From an uncultured Candidatus Binatia bacterium (lineage in GTDB: Bacteria > Desulfobacterota > Binatia > UBA9968 > JAJDTQ01), in assembly GCA_964291295.2 (NCBI GenBank), contig OZ219754.1:608001-672000 (forward strand): a stretch of 64,000 nt of DNA. Direction: 5' to 3'. The notes beneath the pieces were generated by a model. It worked only from the letters and a program-made list of their open reading frames with translations. It was not told where the DNA came from and did no database searches. The translations under genes and the position numbers were made by a program. Positions 34,265-43,314 of this stretch are shown piece by piece; the first letter of the stretch is position 1; every line of letters begins with the position of its first letter.

Positions 34265-35515
34265 ATGGTCACCCGTTCCACATCGAGCTTCGGTCTGGTG
34301 GGAACCGATTGGCAGCAGCGCATCAACTGGAACCGTCTGCGCGAGTATCGCCTGAACCGGGCTCGGGACGCCATGAAGAGCGCCGGGCTCGGGGCCATGC
34401 TCCTGATGTATGACGAGAACGTCCGCTATGTGACCAGCACCGTGACACCCGGCTGGTGCCGCCTCAAGCCGGGCCTGCGCTATGCCCTGTTGTGCGACGG
34501 CGCGGAGCCGGTGCTCTTCGAGCAAGGCGACATCGGCACGCAGATCAACCGGCATTGCCCGTGGATCCCCAAGGACAACGTGCGCTACGCCTATTCGTGG
34601 ATCAAGGGTGCCGTGGGGGGAGCGGCGGAACAGCAAGTGACCAAGTTCACCCGTGCGATCCTGGACGAAATGAAGAAGTACGGCGTGGACAAGGCGCCGC
34701 TGGGCGTCGACTTCATCGACCTCAACATGATCAACGCCTTCAACGCCCACGGCATCCAGTGGATCGACGGCATGTCGCCCATGGTCTCGGCCCGCGCCAT
34801 CAAGAACATCGACGAGCTGGAGGCCATGCGCATCGTCGCGGCTATCTGCGACGCCTGCCATACCGCCATCTCCCACTTTCTCATCGCGGGAATGCAGGAA
34901 CATCAGATCACGGCGTTTGCCATGGAGTTTCTCTACAACATCCCCGGCATCGAGGACGTCGAGGACATCATCGTTTCGTCGGGACCCAACAGTTGGCCCA
35001 ACTGGCGGCACTTCTCCGACCGCATCATCCAGCCCGGCGACCTGGTCATCATCGACATGGCCGCGGTGACCTGGAACGGCTACAAGAGCTGCATGTACCG
35101 GACCTACTGTGTCGGCAAGAAGCCCACGGACGAGCAGAGGAAATATTACGACCTCGCCTTCGATTGGCTCTACAAGGCCATCGACAAGGTGCGGCCGGGC
35201 GCCACTACCAAAGACATCGCCGGGGTGTGGCCCTCGGCCAAGGACACCTGGGGCTACGAGGAAGAGGACCAGGCGGCCGCCAATCTGTGGGGGCATGGTC
35301 TCGGTCTGGCACAGTACGACACCCCGGTCGTGTCGCGCATCTACTCCCTGGACCACCCGGTGGTGATCGAGCCGGGCATGAGCTTCGCTCTGGAAACCCA
35401 GCACGGCAAGCCGCTCCAGTGGGGTGTCCGGCTGGAGGAGATGCTGGTGGTGACGGAGGAGGGGCCTCAGGTCACCACGCAGTTTCCCATCGAAGAGATT
35501 ACCGTCGTCGGTTGA
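34265..35515 (+). CDS. M24 (Xaa-Pro peptidase fold) family enzyme
   Basis: Creatinase-like N-domain (NVRYVT), GDLVIID, GHGLGL..YD.P, FALET, GVRLEEM. Confidence 0.88.
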   Translation: MVTRSTSSFGLVGTDWQQRINWNRLREYRLNRARDAMKSAGLGAMLLMYDENVRYVTSTVTPGWCRLKPGLRYALLCDGAEPVLFEQGDIGTQINRHCPWIPKDNVRYAYSWIKGAVGGAAEQQVTKFTRAILDEMKKYGVDKAPLGVDFIDLNMINAFNAHGIQWIDGMSPMVSARAIKNIDELEAMRIVAAICDACHTAISHFLIAGMQEHQITAFAMEFLYNIPGIEDVEDIIVSSGPNSWPNWRHFSDRIIQPGDLVIIDMAAVTWNGYKSCMYRTYCVGKKPTDEQRKYYDLAFDWLYKAIDKVRPGATTKDIAGVWPSAKDTWGYEEEDQAAANLWGHGLGLAQYDTPVVSRIYSLDHPVVIEPGMSFALETQHGKPLQWGVRLEEMLVVTEEGPQVTTQFPIEEITVVG

Positions 35516-35770
35516 CGGTGTACGCGCACGCGTGCCTCTCTGTAATCGTCCCGCGCGGTTGCCTCCCGCAGCGGCGTTCGCGTCCTCGGAAACGGTCGTG
35601 TCGATGACGGCCTGCCCTTGCAAAATGGCGCCGTGCGCATTAAGAGTTGGCCCTTGAGTCAGGCCGCCCGCACGGGCGGGAGCGTCGACCGGGGCACTTG
35701 GTCACCCGTCGGTTACCCCTCGGTCCTCCTCTTGCCGGGGGCATTTTATTACTCGCAGAAGGAGCGCGAC

Positions 35771-36886
35771 ATGTTGACGAGAAAGGAAAGGGTCGACACC
35801 TTTGACGACTGGGTGGATGCCTTTCATCAGTGGCACGACGACATCGGTTACCCGACGGAACTCATCGGCGGGGACTACAGCTTCGAGACGAAGCTCGAGG
35901 ACGTGGAGAGCAACGAGATCGAGTTCGGCGAATATGCCGGGCGGCCCAAGTGGGAGAAGGTGACGGACATCCCCGACCAGCGGATTCAGGATGCGCTCGC
36001 CCATCTCATCGAATTCCAGGGGGACACCGAGTTCGCTTCCGTGGAGCAGCAGACCAATCTGATCGAGCGCGCCCCCACCGAGGTGGACCTGAAGAATCTG
36101 ATCCGCATCAACCGTGAAGAGATGCGCCACGGCTGGCAGATGGCGTACGTGCTGGTGACCCAGTTCGGCGATTCGGGCAAGCGCCAGTCCCGGAGGCTGC
36201 TGGAGCGGCGGGCCTCCGAGGGTACGCGGCTGCTGGATTCGTTCAACCAGCCCGTGCGCAACTGGCTGGACTTCTTCACCTACACGAGCTTCATCGACCG
36301 CGACGGCAAGTATCAGCTCAACATGCTCAGCCGCAGCGCCTTCGCACCGCTCGGCCGCAGCACCCTGCCCATGCTGAAGGAGGAGGCGTACCACCTGGCC
36401 CAGGGCAACATCGGTCTCATGCGCATCGTCAAGGCCGGCAAGATCCCCATGACCACCATCCAGAAGTACTTCAACAAGTGGATCTCCACCGCCTACGACC
36501 TGTTCGGCCAGGACGAATCCAGTTCCGCCCACTGGGCCTATGTCTGGGGCCTGAAAGGACGCTACGACGAGCACCTGTTCGACGAGCCGGCGGACATGGA
36601 GCGGCTGAACGAGTTGTCACGGGCGACCTTTTTCAAGGAGGTGCAGGCCCTGGTGGACGCCTTGAACCACAACATCCCCGGCGACCAGCCCCGCTTGACC
36701 ATTCCCAGCGACAAGTTCCGGCGTTACATCGGCAACCACGCCGGCAAACCCTACAGCGTCACCGGCGAACTGCTCGCCGAAGAGGACTACGAGAGGCACC
36801 TGGCGGAGGTGCTGCCCTGGGAGGCCGACGACGCATACGTCATCGGCCTGGAAAAGGAGGGGGGCTGGATCCTCGATCCGAGGTGA
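35771..36886 (+). CDS. BoxB/PaaA-like ferritin-fold diiron oxygenase (aryl-CoA epoxidase-like)
   Basis: AAGGAG SD; QGDTEFASVEQQ, EEMRH.WQM, DRDGKYQL, EEAYH, DLFG, GLKGR match BoxB motifs. Confidence 0.8.
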   Translation: MLTRKERVDTFDDWVDAFHQWHDDIGYPTELIGGDYSFETKLEDVESNEIEFGEYAGRPKWEKVTDIPDQRIQDALAHLIEFQGDTEFASVEQQTNLIERAPTEVDLKNLIRINREEMRHGWQMAYVLVTQFGDSGKRQSRRLLERRASEGTRLLDSFNQPVRNWLDFFTYTSFIDRDGKYQLNMLSRSAFAPLGRSTLPMLKEEAYHLAQGNIGLMRIVKAGKIPMTTIQKYFNKWISTAYDLFGQDESSSAHWAYVWGLKGRYDEHLFDEPADMERLNELSRATFFKEVQALVDALNHNIPGDQPRLTIPSDKFRRYIGNHAGKPYSVTGELLAEEDYERHLAEVLPWEADDAYVIGLEKEGGWILDPR

Positions 36887-36908
36887 TGCGCGAAACGTTG
36901 GCGCGGGC

Positions 36909-38171
36909 TCACGGCGCCACATCAAGCCCGTAGGCCCGCGCCATCACCATGATGGGGTGCACCGGTTTTCTGCCGGTGCCCTGCTCCACCTGCACCGCCG
37001 ACAGCGGACAGTCCGTCACCGTACAGGCGTCCTCGGGCCGCATGAACTTGAACAGCGGCCGCCCCACCTGCATCGACGCCTCGAAGTTCTCCTTCTTGAC
37101 ACTCCAGGTTCCGTCGTGCCCGCTGCAGCACTGCATGCGGGAGACCTCGGCGTCGGGGATGAGCTGCATCAGCTCCTGGGCCTTGAAGCCGATGTCCTGC
37201 GCCTTGAGATGACACGGCTGATGATAGCGGATCTTGCCGGCCGTCCGTGAAAAGTTCACGTCCAGCCTGCCGGCCTCGTGGAGCTTCATCAGGTACTCCG
37301 ACAGGTCGAGGGTGTTCTCCGCCACCAGCCGGGTGTCGTCGGTGGGCAGCATGCGCGGATAGTCCTGCTTGAGCATGTAACTGCAACTCGCCGTGGGCAC
37401 CACGATCCGGTAGCCCTGGCGGACGACATCACTCAGGCTCCTGACATTGGCCTCGATCTTCTTCACCGCCTCGTCCAGAAGCCCCACGTCGATGAACGGC
37501 ATGCCGCAGCACTGCTGCTCGGGAACGGCGCAATCGACACCGTTCTTTTCCAGGACACCCACCGCTGCCTTGCCGATGTCGGGTTCGTTGTAGTTGACGG
37601 TGCAGGTGTAGAACAGGGCCACCTTCTCCTCACCCTTGCCCCTGGCGGCTGCCGGGCGCTTGCGGTGCCACTTGGCGAAGGTCTGCGCATGATAGGTGGG
37701 CAGCAACCGGTCGCGATGCACACCCAGGTACTTCTCCATCAGGCGGCGCACAAGGGGAGTCCGGTTGGCCCAGTTGACCAGGGGCGCTACCCGGCTCGCC
37801 CACCTTCCGGCCCGGTCCGTGTCTCCCATCAGCCTGTCGGCAAAACCGACCCCCTCGTTCCTGGCCTCGACGAGGGTGGCGCGCATCATGGTCCTGGGAA
37901 AATCGATGTCCCATTCGTGGGGCGGCACATACGGACAGATGGGGTCACAGAGCTTGCACTGATAGCACTGGTCCACCACCCGCTTCATCTGCTCGTCCTT
38001 GAGGGAAGTCGCGTCGCCGAAGTTCTCGTCCATCATCTGGAACAGGCTCACGAAGGACGGACAGAGCGTGTGGCACAGCGTGCAGCCGTAGCAGACGTCG
38101 AACACCCGCTCCAGTTCCGTGCGCAGGGCTCCCTTGTCCCAGAACGCCGGTGTCTTGGGCTCAAAGCTCAT
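36909..38171 (-). CDS. Fe-S oxidoreductase with CCG domains (GlpC/HdrD-like)
   Basis: CYGCTLCHTLCP, CYQCKLCDPICP, QCCGMP, CCSGHDG. Confidence 0.88.
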   Translation of the reverse strand: MSFEPKTPAFWDKGALRTELERVFDVCYGCTLCHTLCPSFVSLFQMMDENFGDATSLKDEQMKRVVDQCYQCKLCDPICPYVPPHEWDIDFPRTMMRATLVEARNEGVGFADRLMGDTDRAGRWASRVAPLVNWANRTPLVRRLMEKYLGVHRDRLLPTYHAQTFAKWHRKRPAAARGKGEEKVALFYTCTVNYNEPDIGKAAVGVLEKNGVDCAVPEQQCCGMPFIDVGLLDEAVKKIEANVRSLSDVVRQGYRIVVPTASCSYMLKQDYPRMLPTDDTRLVAENTLDLSEYLMKLHEAGRLDVNFSRTAGKIRYHQPCHLKAQDIGFKAQELMQLIPDAEVSRMQCCSGHDGTWSVKKENFEASMQVGRPLFKFMRPEDACTVTDCPLSAVQVEQGTGRKPVHPIMVMARAYGLDVAP

Positions 38172-38299
38172 GGGTGTGATTTCCTCCTCGGCGTTGGTGT
38201 CCCGGTGGTGCGAGACGTGATCTTAGGGTTTTCGTCCGCGAAAAGTAAGGGGCCAAGAGCAAGAGGCCTCCAGGAGAACGGCACGAGGTGAGCACCCCT

Positions 38300-39442
38300 C
38301 TATGCGGGGCGGGAATCGAGTTGCTGCTTGAGGATGCGGAAGATCAGCCCGTAGAAGCGGCAACAGGACGGCAGGGTCGTGGTCACGAATTCGCGGACCG
38401 AGCGCACGGAAAGGCTTGCATCGACGTGGCTGACCACTTTCAGGATGGCCACGTGGCCCCGGCTCGAGTCCGGCAGCGCGTGCGCCAGCCGCAGGCTCTC
38501 GGTGGAGGGGATCAGGGGGTCCGTGTCGCCGTGGCCGATGAGCAGCCGCGCCCGGACGCGCGGGACGATGGTGCGCAGCGAAAGCCCTTCCAGATAGGTC
38601 CGCACGTTGGACTCGGTGGCGTCCATCAGGCTCTGGACCCGCTCCGGGTCCCGGTTGCGAATCAGGTCGTACACGGCGTGTCCACCTTTCAGGAGAGGGT
38701 CCGGCGAGAACGCCGGCGCCTCTCCTTCCCCGGTGCCCCCCTGGGCCTCCCGTTCGATGGCATCCACCACGGCGGCGAGCAGCCGCCGGTCTTCCTCTCC
38801 CGTCACGTGGAGCAGGAGGTTCTTGATGAAGACGTAGCGGGCATAGGCCTCCGGCGGCTGCACATGCCGGTGCCCTCGATACTCATCCTGGCCGGTGGTC
38901 AGGTAGCGGACCACGTTGACGGTGTCGTAGTAGCCGCCGAAGGAGACCACGAACTTCACCCGTTCCCGGATGGACGGGTCGGCCGCGGCCTTGAGGATCG
39001 GTCCCACAGCAAAGCTGATCCCGAACAGACCCGCGCGGGTCTCGTCCACCTCCGCCATCGAGAGCAGGAAGCGAAAGGCCTTCACGATGGCATCGGACTC
39101 CCCCATCTCCAGACGCAGGGATTTGAGAGCATCGAAATCGGGCACCAGGACGGCGAATCCGCATGCGGCCAGTTCGGTTGCAAGCGCCACCAGACGCGGG
39201 TCGTCCTTGCCGGTTTCGAGCACGCCGTGGGTGATGAGCATGCTGGCGCGCGGCCCGCCGTCCGGCATGGCGTAGAGGTCGGCGGCCATCTGACGGTCGC
39301 CGACCGGGATGGTGAGGGTACGCACGGCCGGCCCGCGCCGGAGCCAACGCCGCATAAGCGTCCTGAAACCCTCGCCGGCCAACAGATGGAGCAACAGCGC
39401 CAAGCTCAAGACCGCGATCCGGACGTAAGAAAGGATGAACAA
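38300..39442 (-). CDS. Alpha/beta-hydrolase-fold protein (start uncertain: TTG 39442 or ATG 39355)
   Basis: ADLY, LITHG, GFAVLVPD, GISF, IGHGDTDPLIP..ES, SH. Confidence 0.75.
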   Translation of the reverse strand: MFILSYVRIAVLSLALLLHLLAGEGFRTLMRRWLRRGPAVRTLTIPVGDRQMAADLYAMPDGGPRASMLITHGVLETGKDDPRLVALATELAACGFAVLVPDFDALKSLRLEMGESDAIVKAFRFLLSMAEVDETRAGLFGISFAVGPILKAAADPSIRERVKFVVSFGGYYDTVNVVRYLTTGQDEYRGHRHVQPPEAYARYVFIKNLLLHVTGEEDRRLLAAVVDAIEREAQGGTGEGEAPAFSPDPLLKGGHAVYDLIRNRDPERVQSLMDATESNVRTYLEGLSLRTIVPRVRARLLIGHGDTDPLIPSTESLRLAHALPDSSRGHVAILKVVSHVDASLSVRSVREFVTTTLPSCCRFYGLIFRILKQQLDSRPA

Positions 39443-39460
39443 GGGAAAGGATGAACAAGG
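39429..39460. repeat. Perfect 16-bp tandem duplication (GAAAGGATGAACAAGG x2) over a start-codon region
   Basis: Seen directly. Confidence 0.9.
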
Positions 39461-39578
39461 GCGGGCTCCCGCCGGTGTGGACGATGGCGGCGGCGAGCCC
39501 CTGAACCCGGTGAACTCCCGCAGCCGGCGCCGCGGGAAGCCTTGCCGATCTTCCCGCCGGCCTGCCCGGGAAGTACCG

Positions 39579-40691
39579 CTAAGGATGCGCGGCGGCGCCC
39601 TCCGGAGAAAGGTTGATGTGGTGGTGCGACTTGGACACCGGGCCGATGCCCCTGGCGAGGGTGGTCCAGTGCTCACCTTCGTCCTCGCTGTAGAAGACAT
39701 CGCCGTCGGTGGTGCCGGCGAAGATGGCATAGCCGCCGTTCCACGCGTCCATGCACATGCCCTCGATGTTGGCACGGATGTGCTCGGGCAGGCCCTCGCC
39801 CAGGATGTCCCAGGTCTCGCCGCCGTCACGGCTGCGCGCCACCCGCGCGTCCGCGGTGTGGAGCTTGCGCCAGGTTCCCGGACCGGTCCTGGCACCGGCC
39901 ACGAACAGCAGCCTGGGGTCCTGCGGGTGGACGAAGAACGGGTCGACATAGCCGATGCGGAAGTCCCGCGGCGTCATGCTCTTCCAGGTGGCGCCGCCGT
40001 CGCCGCTCACACAGAAACCCGCCGTGACCTCCGGTCCGCAGTTGGTGGTGGGCGCCGTGCCGTAGAGCTTGTCCGGGTCGTTGGCGGGGATGAACACCCG
40101 GTGCGCGTCCGGGTTGATGTTCGGGACGGTGGTCCAGGTCCGGCCGCCGTCGGTGGTGCGCAGGAAGCCGCCCACCTCCACCGCCACGTGAATGATGTCG
40201 GGATCGGCGGGATGGAAGGTGATGCTCTTGGCGTGGGCCTGATGCGGCGCCGCCGGGAAGGTCCACTTCTCGACCCCGGGCACCTGGCGCAGCCCCGGCA
40301 GTTCGGTCCAGCGCCTGCCGAGATCATCGGTGTAGTAGAGATGCGCGGGCTGCGTGCCGGCGTAGACCCTGGGTTTGCCGTCCACCCGCTGGGTGGCCAG
40401 CGCGTAGACCTCCTTGTCGCCGATGCCGTGGTCCCGCTTTTCCCAGGTGCGGCCGTGATCCTCGCTGACGTGGACCTCGCGGTCGTAGGTGCCGGCGAAG
40501 AGCGTGCCGGTGGCCGGCTCGAACACCACCGCACTGACATGCTTCCCGGGCAGGTGCACGCCGTCCTGCCGCCACGAACCGTTGGCCCGGCGGAACGAGA
40601 ACACCCCGTCGACGGTACCGACCAACAGCCGGTCGCAGGCGGTTTCGCCCTGGGTCAACAACTGGCCGCCAGGGGATAGACAGACGTACAT
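39579..40691 (-). CDS. BNR/Asp-box beta-propeller protein
   Basis: Repeated S.D.G.TW boxes (SEDHGRTW, TTDGGRTW, SGDGGATW, SRDGGETW, SEDEGEHW); AAGGAGG SD. Confidence 0.88.
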   Translation of the reverse strand: MYVCLSPGGQLLTQGETACDRLLVGTVDGVFSFRRANGSWRQDGVHLPGKHVSAVVFEPATGTLFAGTYDREVHVSEDHGRTWEKRDHGIGDKEVYALATQRVDGKPRVYAGTQPAHLYYTDDLGRRWTELPGLRQVPGVEKWTFPAAPHQAHAKSITFHPADPDIIHVAVEVGGFLRTTDGGRTWTTVPNINPDAHRVFIPANDPDKLYGTAPTTNCGPEVTAGFCVSGDGGATWKSMTPRDFRIGYVDPFFVHPQDPRLLFVAGARTGPGTWRKLHTADARVARSRDGGETWDILGEGLPEHIRANIEGMCMDAWNGGYAIFAGTTDGDVFYSEDEGEHWTTLARGIGPVSKSHHHINLSPEGAAAHP

Positions 40692-40887
40692 GGGCAAGTC
40701 CTCCTTCGTGCTGAATCGGCTTCCACTCTACTGAAGCTGCCGCCAGCACGTCAAGGTACACGGCGCGGGCGGGGTTGAATTTCCCGCCGCCTTCCATTAG
40801 CTCTTTCAGCGAACAGGGACGCCGGACGACGCCGCTGCGCCGCTCCGGAGTCGATTCCGACAAACATCCTGAAGGGGGGAATCATTC

Positions 40888-41643
40888 ATGTACGAGACCG
40901 ACCAATACGAGGGCATGCTGGCCGAGACCATCACCATCCAGGGACACAACGGCGATACCATCAACGCCTACTATGCGCGGCCGCTGGGCAAGGGTCCGTT
41001 CCCGGGGGTGGTGGCGATCCACCATATGCCCGGCTGGGACGAGTGGTATCGGGAAGCCACCCGCAAGCTGGCGCACCACGGCTTCGCCACCATCTCGCCC
41101 AATCTCTACTTTCGCGCCGGCCACGGCACGCCGGAGGACGTGGCCGCCAAGGTTCGAGCCGACGGCGGCGTGGCCGACGACCAGGTGGTGGGCGACCTGG
41201 CGGGCGCCATGAACCATCTGCGCTCCCTGCCCTACCACAATGGCAAGGTGGGGATCTGGGGCACCTGCTCGGGCGGGCGCCACGCCTTTCTGACCGCCTG
41301 CCGCGCCCCGGGATTCGACGCGGTGGTGGAATGCTGGGGAGGGCGCGTGGTGGCGAGCGGGGACGCCCTGACCGAGAAGCAGCCCGTGGCCCCCATCGAC
41401 TATACCGCGGACCTGCCGTGCCCGATGCTGGGTATCTTCGGCAACGACGACAAGAGCCCGACGCCGGAACAGGTGGACCAGCACGAGGCCGAACTCAAGA
41501 AGCACGGCAAGAACTATGAGTTCCATCGCTACGACGGCGCCGGCCACGGCTTCTTCTACCACGACCGCCCCGCCTACCGGCAGGAGCAGGCGGTGGACGG
41601 CTGGAAGAAGCTCCTGGATTTTTTCGGCAGGCAGCTCGGGTAG
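40888..41643 (+). CDS. Dienelactone hydrolase family protein
   Basis: GTCSGG nucleophile, FGNDD, YDGAGHGF. Confidence 0.92.
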   Translation: MYETDQYEGMLAETITIQGHNGDTINAYYARPLGKGPFPGVVAIHHMPGWDEWYREATRKLAHHGFATISPNLYFRAGHGTPEDVAAKVRADGGVADDQVVGDLAGAMNHLRSLPYHNGKVGIWGTCSGGRHAFLTACRAPGFDAVVECWGGRVVASGDALTEKQPVAPIDYTADLPCPMLGIFGNDDKSPTPEQVDQHEAELKKHGKNYEFHRYDGAGHGFFYHDRPAYRQEQAVDGWKKLLDFFGRQLG

Positions 41644-41774
41644 CCGCCGGCCGGGAAGCCCGGAGGCATCCCGGATGTATCCCGGATGTGTAGAGACACG
41701 GTCGAGACACGACCGCGGACACTCAGGGACACCTCCGGGCGCGTCCTCATCGGAGAACACGAAAGGAAACGACC

Positions 41775-42095
41775 ATGTGCACGATGATCGCCAGAAAGGT
41801 CGTGATGGAGGGCAGCGGCAAGACCTCGGAGGACTGGTTCAAGGTGGACCAGGCCAACGTCGCCTATGACCACCCCTACCACGTCTTCCGCGAGCATTCC
41901 CTCAACATCGACTTCGTCAACGAAGCCGAGGGGCCCGGCGCTCGCGTGGCAGTGGAACTGAGCGTCGATTCGGCCCGGAAGCTGGTGGACACCATCCTCA
42001 ATGTGCTGAACGAGGCGGAACAGGGAGGCTGGATCGACGAGAACGAAGGCCCCGAGATCCACATGCCCGCGGTCAAGAGTTCGGGAACGCTTTAG
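41775..42095 (+). CDS. Small conserved protein (DUF6295-like)
   Basis: MCT.I......GSGK...WF......YDHP.H...EHSLNIDF......ARVAVEL; GAAAGGA SD. Confidence 0.75.
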   Translation: MCTMIARKVVMEGSGKTSEDWFKVDQANVAYDHPYHVFREHSLNIDFVNEAEGPGARVAVELSVDSARKLVDTILNVLNEAEQGGWIDENEGPEIHMPAVKSSGTL

Positions 42096-42136
42096 TTCGG
42101 GAACACGGTAGCCCGGTTCAGCGCGCGAACGCTTCG

Positions 42137-42182
42137 TCCGGGGGGTCGGCCTCCAGGCCCCGCAGGAGGCCGACCCCCCGGA
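42137..42182. terminator. 18-bp perfect inverted repeat; probable bidirectional terminator
   Basis: TCCGGGGGGTCGGCCTCC-N10-GGAGGCCGACCCCCCGGA between convergent genes; no clear U-tract. Confidence 0.7.
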
Positions 42183-42208
42183 GCCTGCCCCCATCCCCCA
42201 CCGCGCCG

Positions 42209-43258
42209 CTACGGACTCCGCACCGGCGCGGTGGCGACCTCACTCACCGGCACCCCATAGAAATCGGCGGCATTCCGGCAAAGGATACGGCGCTTGTTCT
42301 CGCCGGTGAGGTCGTCTCGTCTGCGCAGCTTCTCGACCGAGTGGGGCCAGTCCGTGTCCCAGTGGGGGTTGTCGGAGGAGTAAAGCAGGCAGCGGTCGCC
42401 AATGTGGCGGATGGCGTCCGGGATGGTGAGTTCCTCGCACTCCACGCCGAAGTAGCACCGGCCGCTCTTCACATACTCGCTGGGCGGCCGCGTGCACAGC
42501 GGCGCCTCCACGTCGCCGCGCTTCTCCCACTCTTCATCAAGCCGGTCCATCCAGTACGGCACCCAGCCGGCGCCCGACTCCAGGAACCCGACCTTCAGCC
42601 CGGGATAGCGCTCCAGCACGCCGCCGAAGATGAGCTGGGTCATGGCGATCATCTGCTCGAACGGATGGGTCACGGCATGGATCGCCAGGAACTTGTCGAA
42701 GCGGTCCGTACCGGCCGCATCGCGCGGCTGGCTGTGTACGGCGATGGGCACGTCCAATCGTTCCACCGCGGCATAGAAGGGGTCCAGTTCCCGGTCCGAG
42801 AGCTTGCGCCAAGCCACATAGGTGGGCACCTGCACCGCCACCATGCCCAATTCCACCAGCCGCTCGAGCTCCTCCACCGCACTCGCCACTTCCTGCAGGG
42901 CAACGATGCCCACGCCCTTGATGCGGTCCGGCGCGGCACCGCAGAACTCGTGCAGCCACTGGTTGTACGCCGAGGACAACACCCGCGCCCGGGCCGGGTC
43001 GCGCACGTTGCCGATGCCCAACCCCGCGGTCGGAAAAAGCACCGCCGTGTCGATGCCCTCCGCGTCGATATCCGACAGCTGCCGCTCGGGATCCGCCACC
43101 CGATGCCCCATGCGCCCCAGATTCCGGTCCCAGCCGTCGTGGGGAAACAGCTCGCGGGCCGAGCGGTAGGGTTCGGGGATCCGCTCCCGGTAGGCGGTCA
43201 TGGGCTCGGTCAGGTGGCCATCCGCGTCAATGACAGGATATCCGATCATTTCCTGCAA
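42209..43258 (-). CDS. Amidohydrolase_2 family metalloenzyme
   Basis: VIDADGH, EGIDTAVLFPT, IAVH, FLESGAGW, SSDNPHWD. Confidence 0.9.
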   Translation of the reverse strand: MQEMIGYPVIDADGHLTEPMTAYRERIPEPYRSARELFPHDGWDRNLGRMGHRVADPERQLSDIDAEGIDTAVLFPTAGLGIGNVRDPARARVLSSAYNQWLHEFCGAAPDRIKGVGIVALQEVASAVEELERLVELGMVAVQVPTYVAWRKLSDRELDPFYAAVERLDVPIAVHSQPRDAAGTDRFDKFLAIHAVTHPFEQMIAMTQLIFGGVLERYPGLKVGFLESGAGWVPYWMDRLDEEWEKRGDVEAPLCTRPPSEYVKSGRCYFGVECEELTIPDAIRHIGDRCLLYSSDNPHWDTDWPHSVEKLRRRDDLTGENKRRILCRNAADFYGVPVSEVATAPVRSP

Positions 43259-43314
43259 CTCCCTCCTGCCGCCGGCTCCCTCTTCACCGGTTCCCTCTTG
43301 CCGCCGGCCGTCCC

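Noticed and set aside
39461-39949. 549-aa version of the 38300 ORF
   Set aside because: The extension overlaps the BNR gene and is low-complexity.
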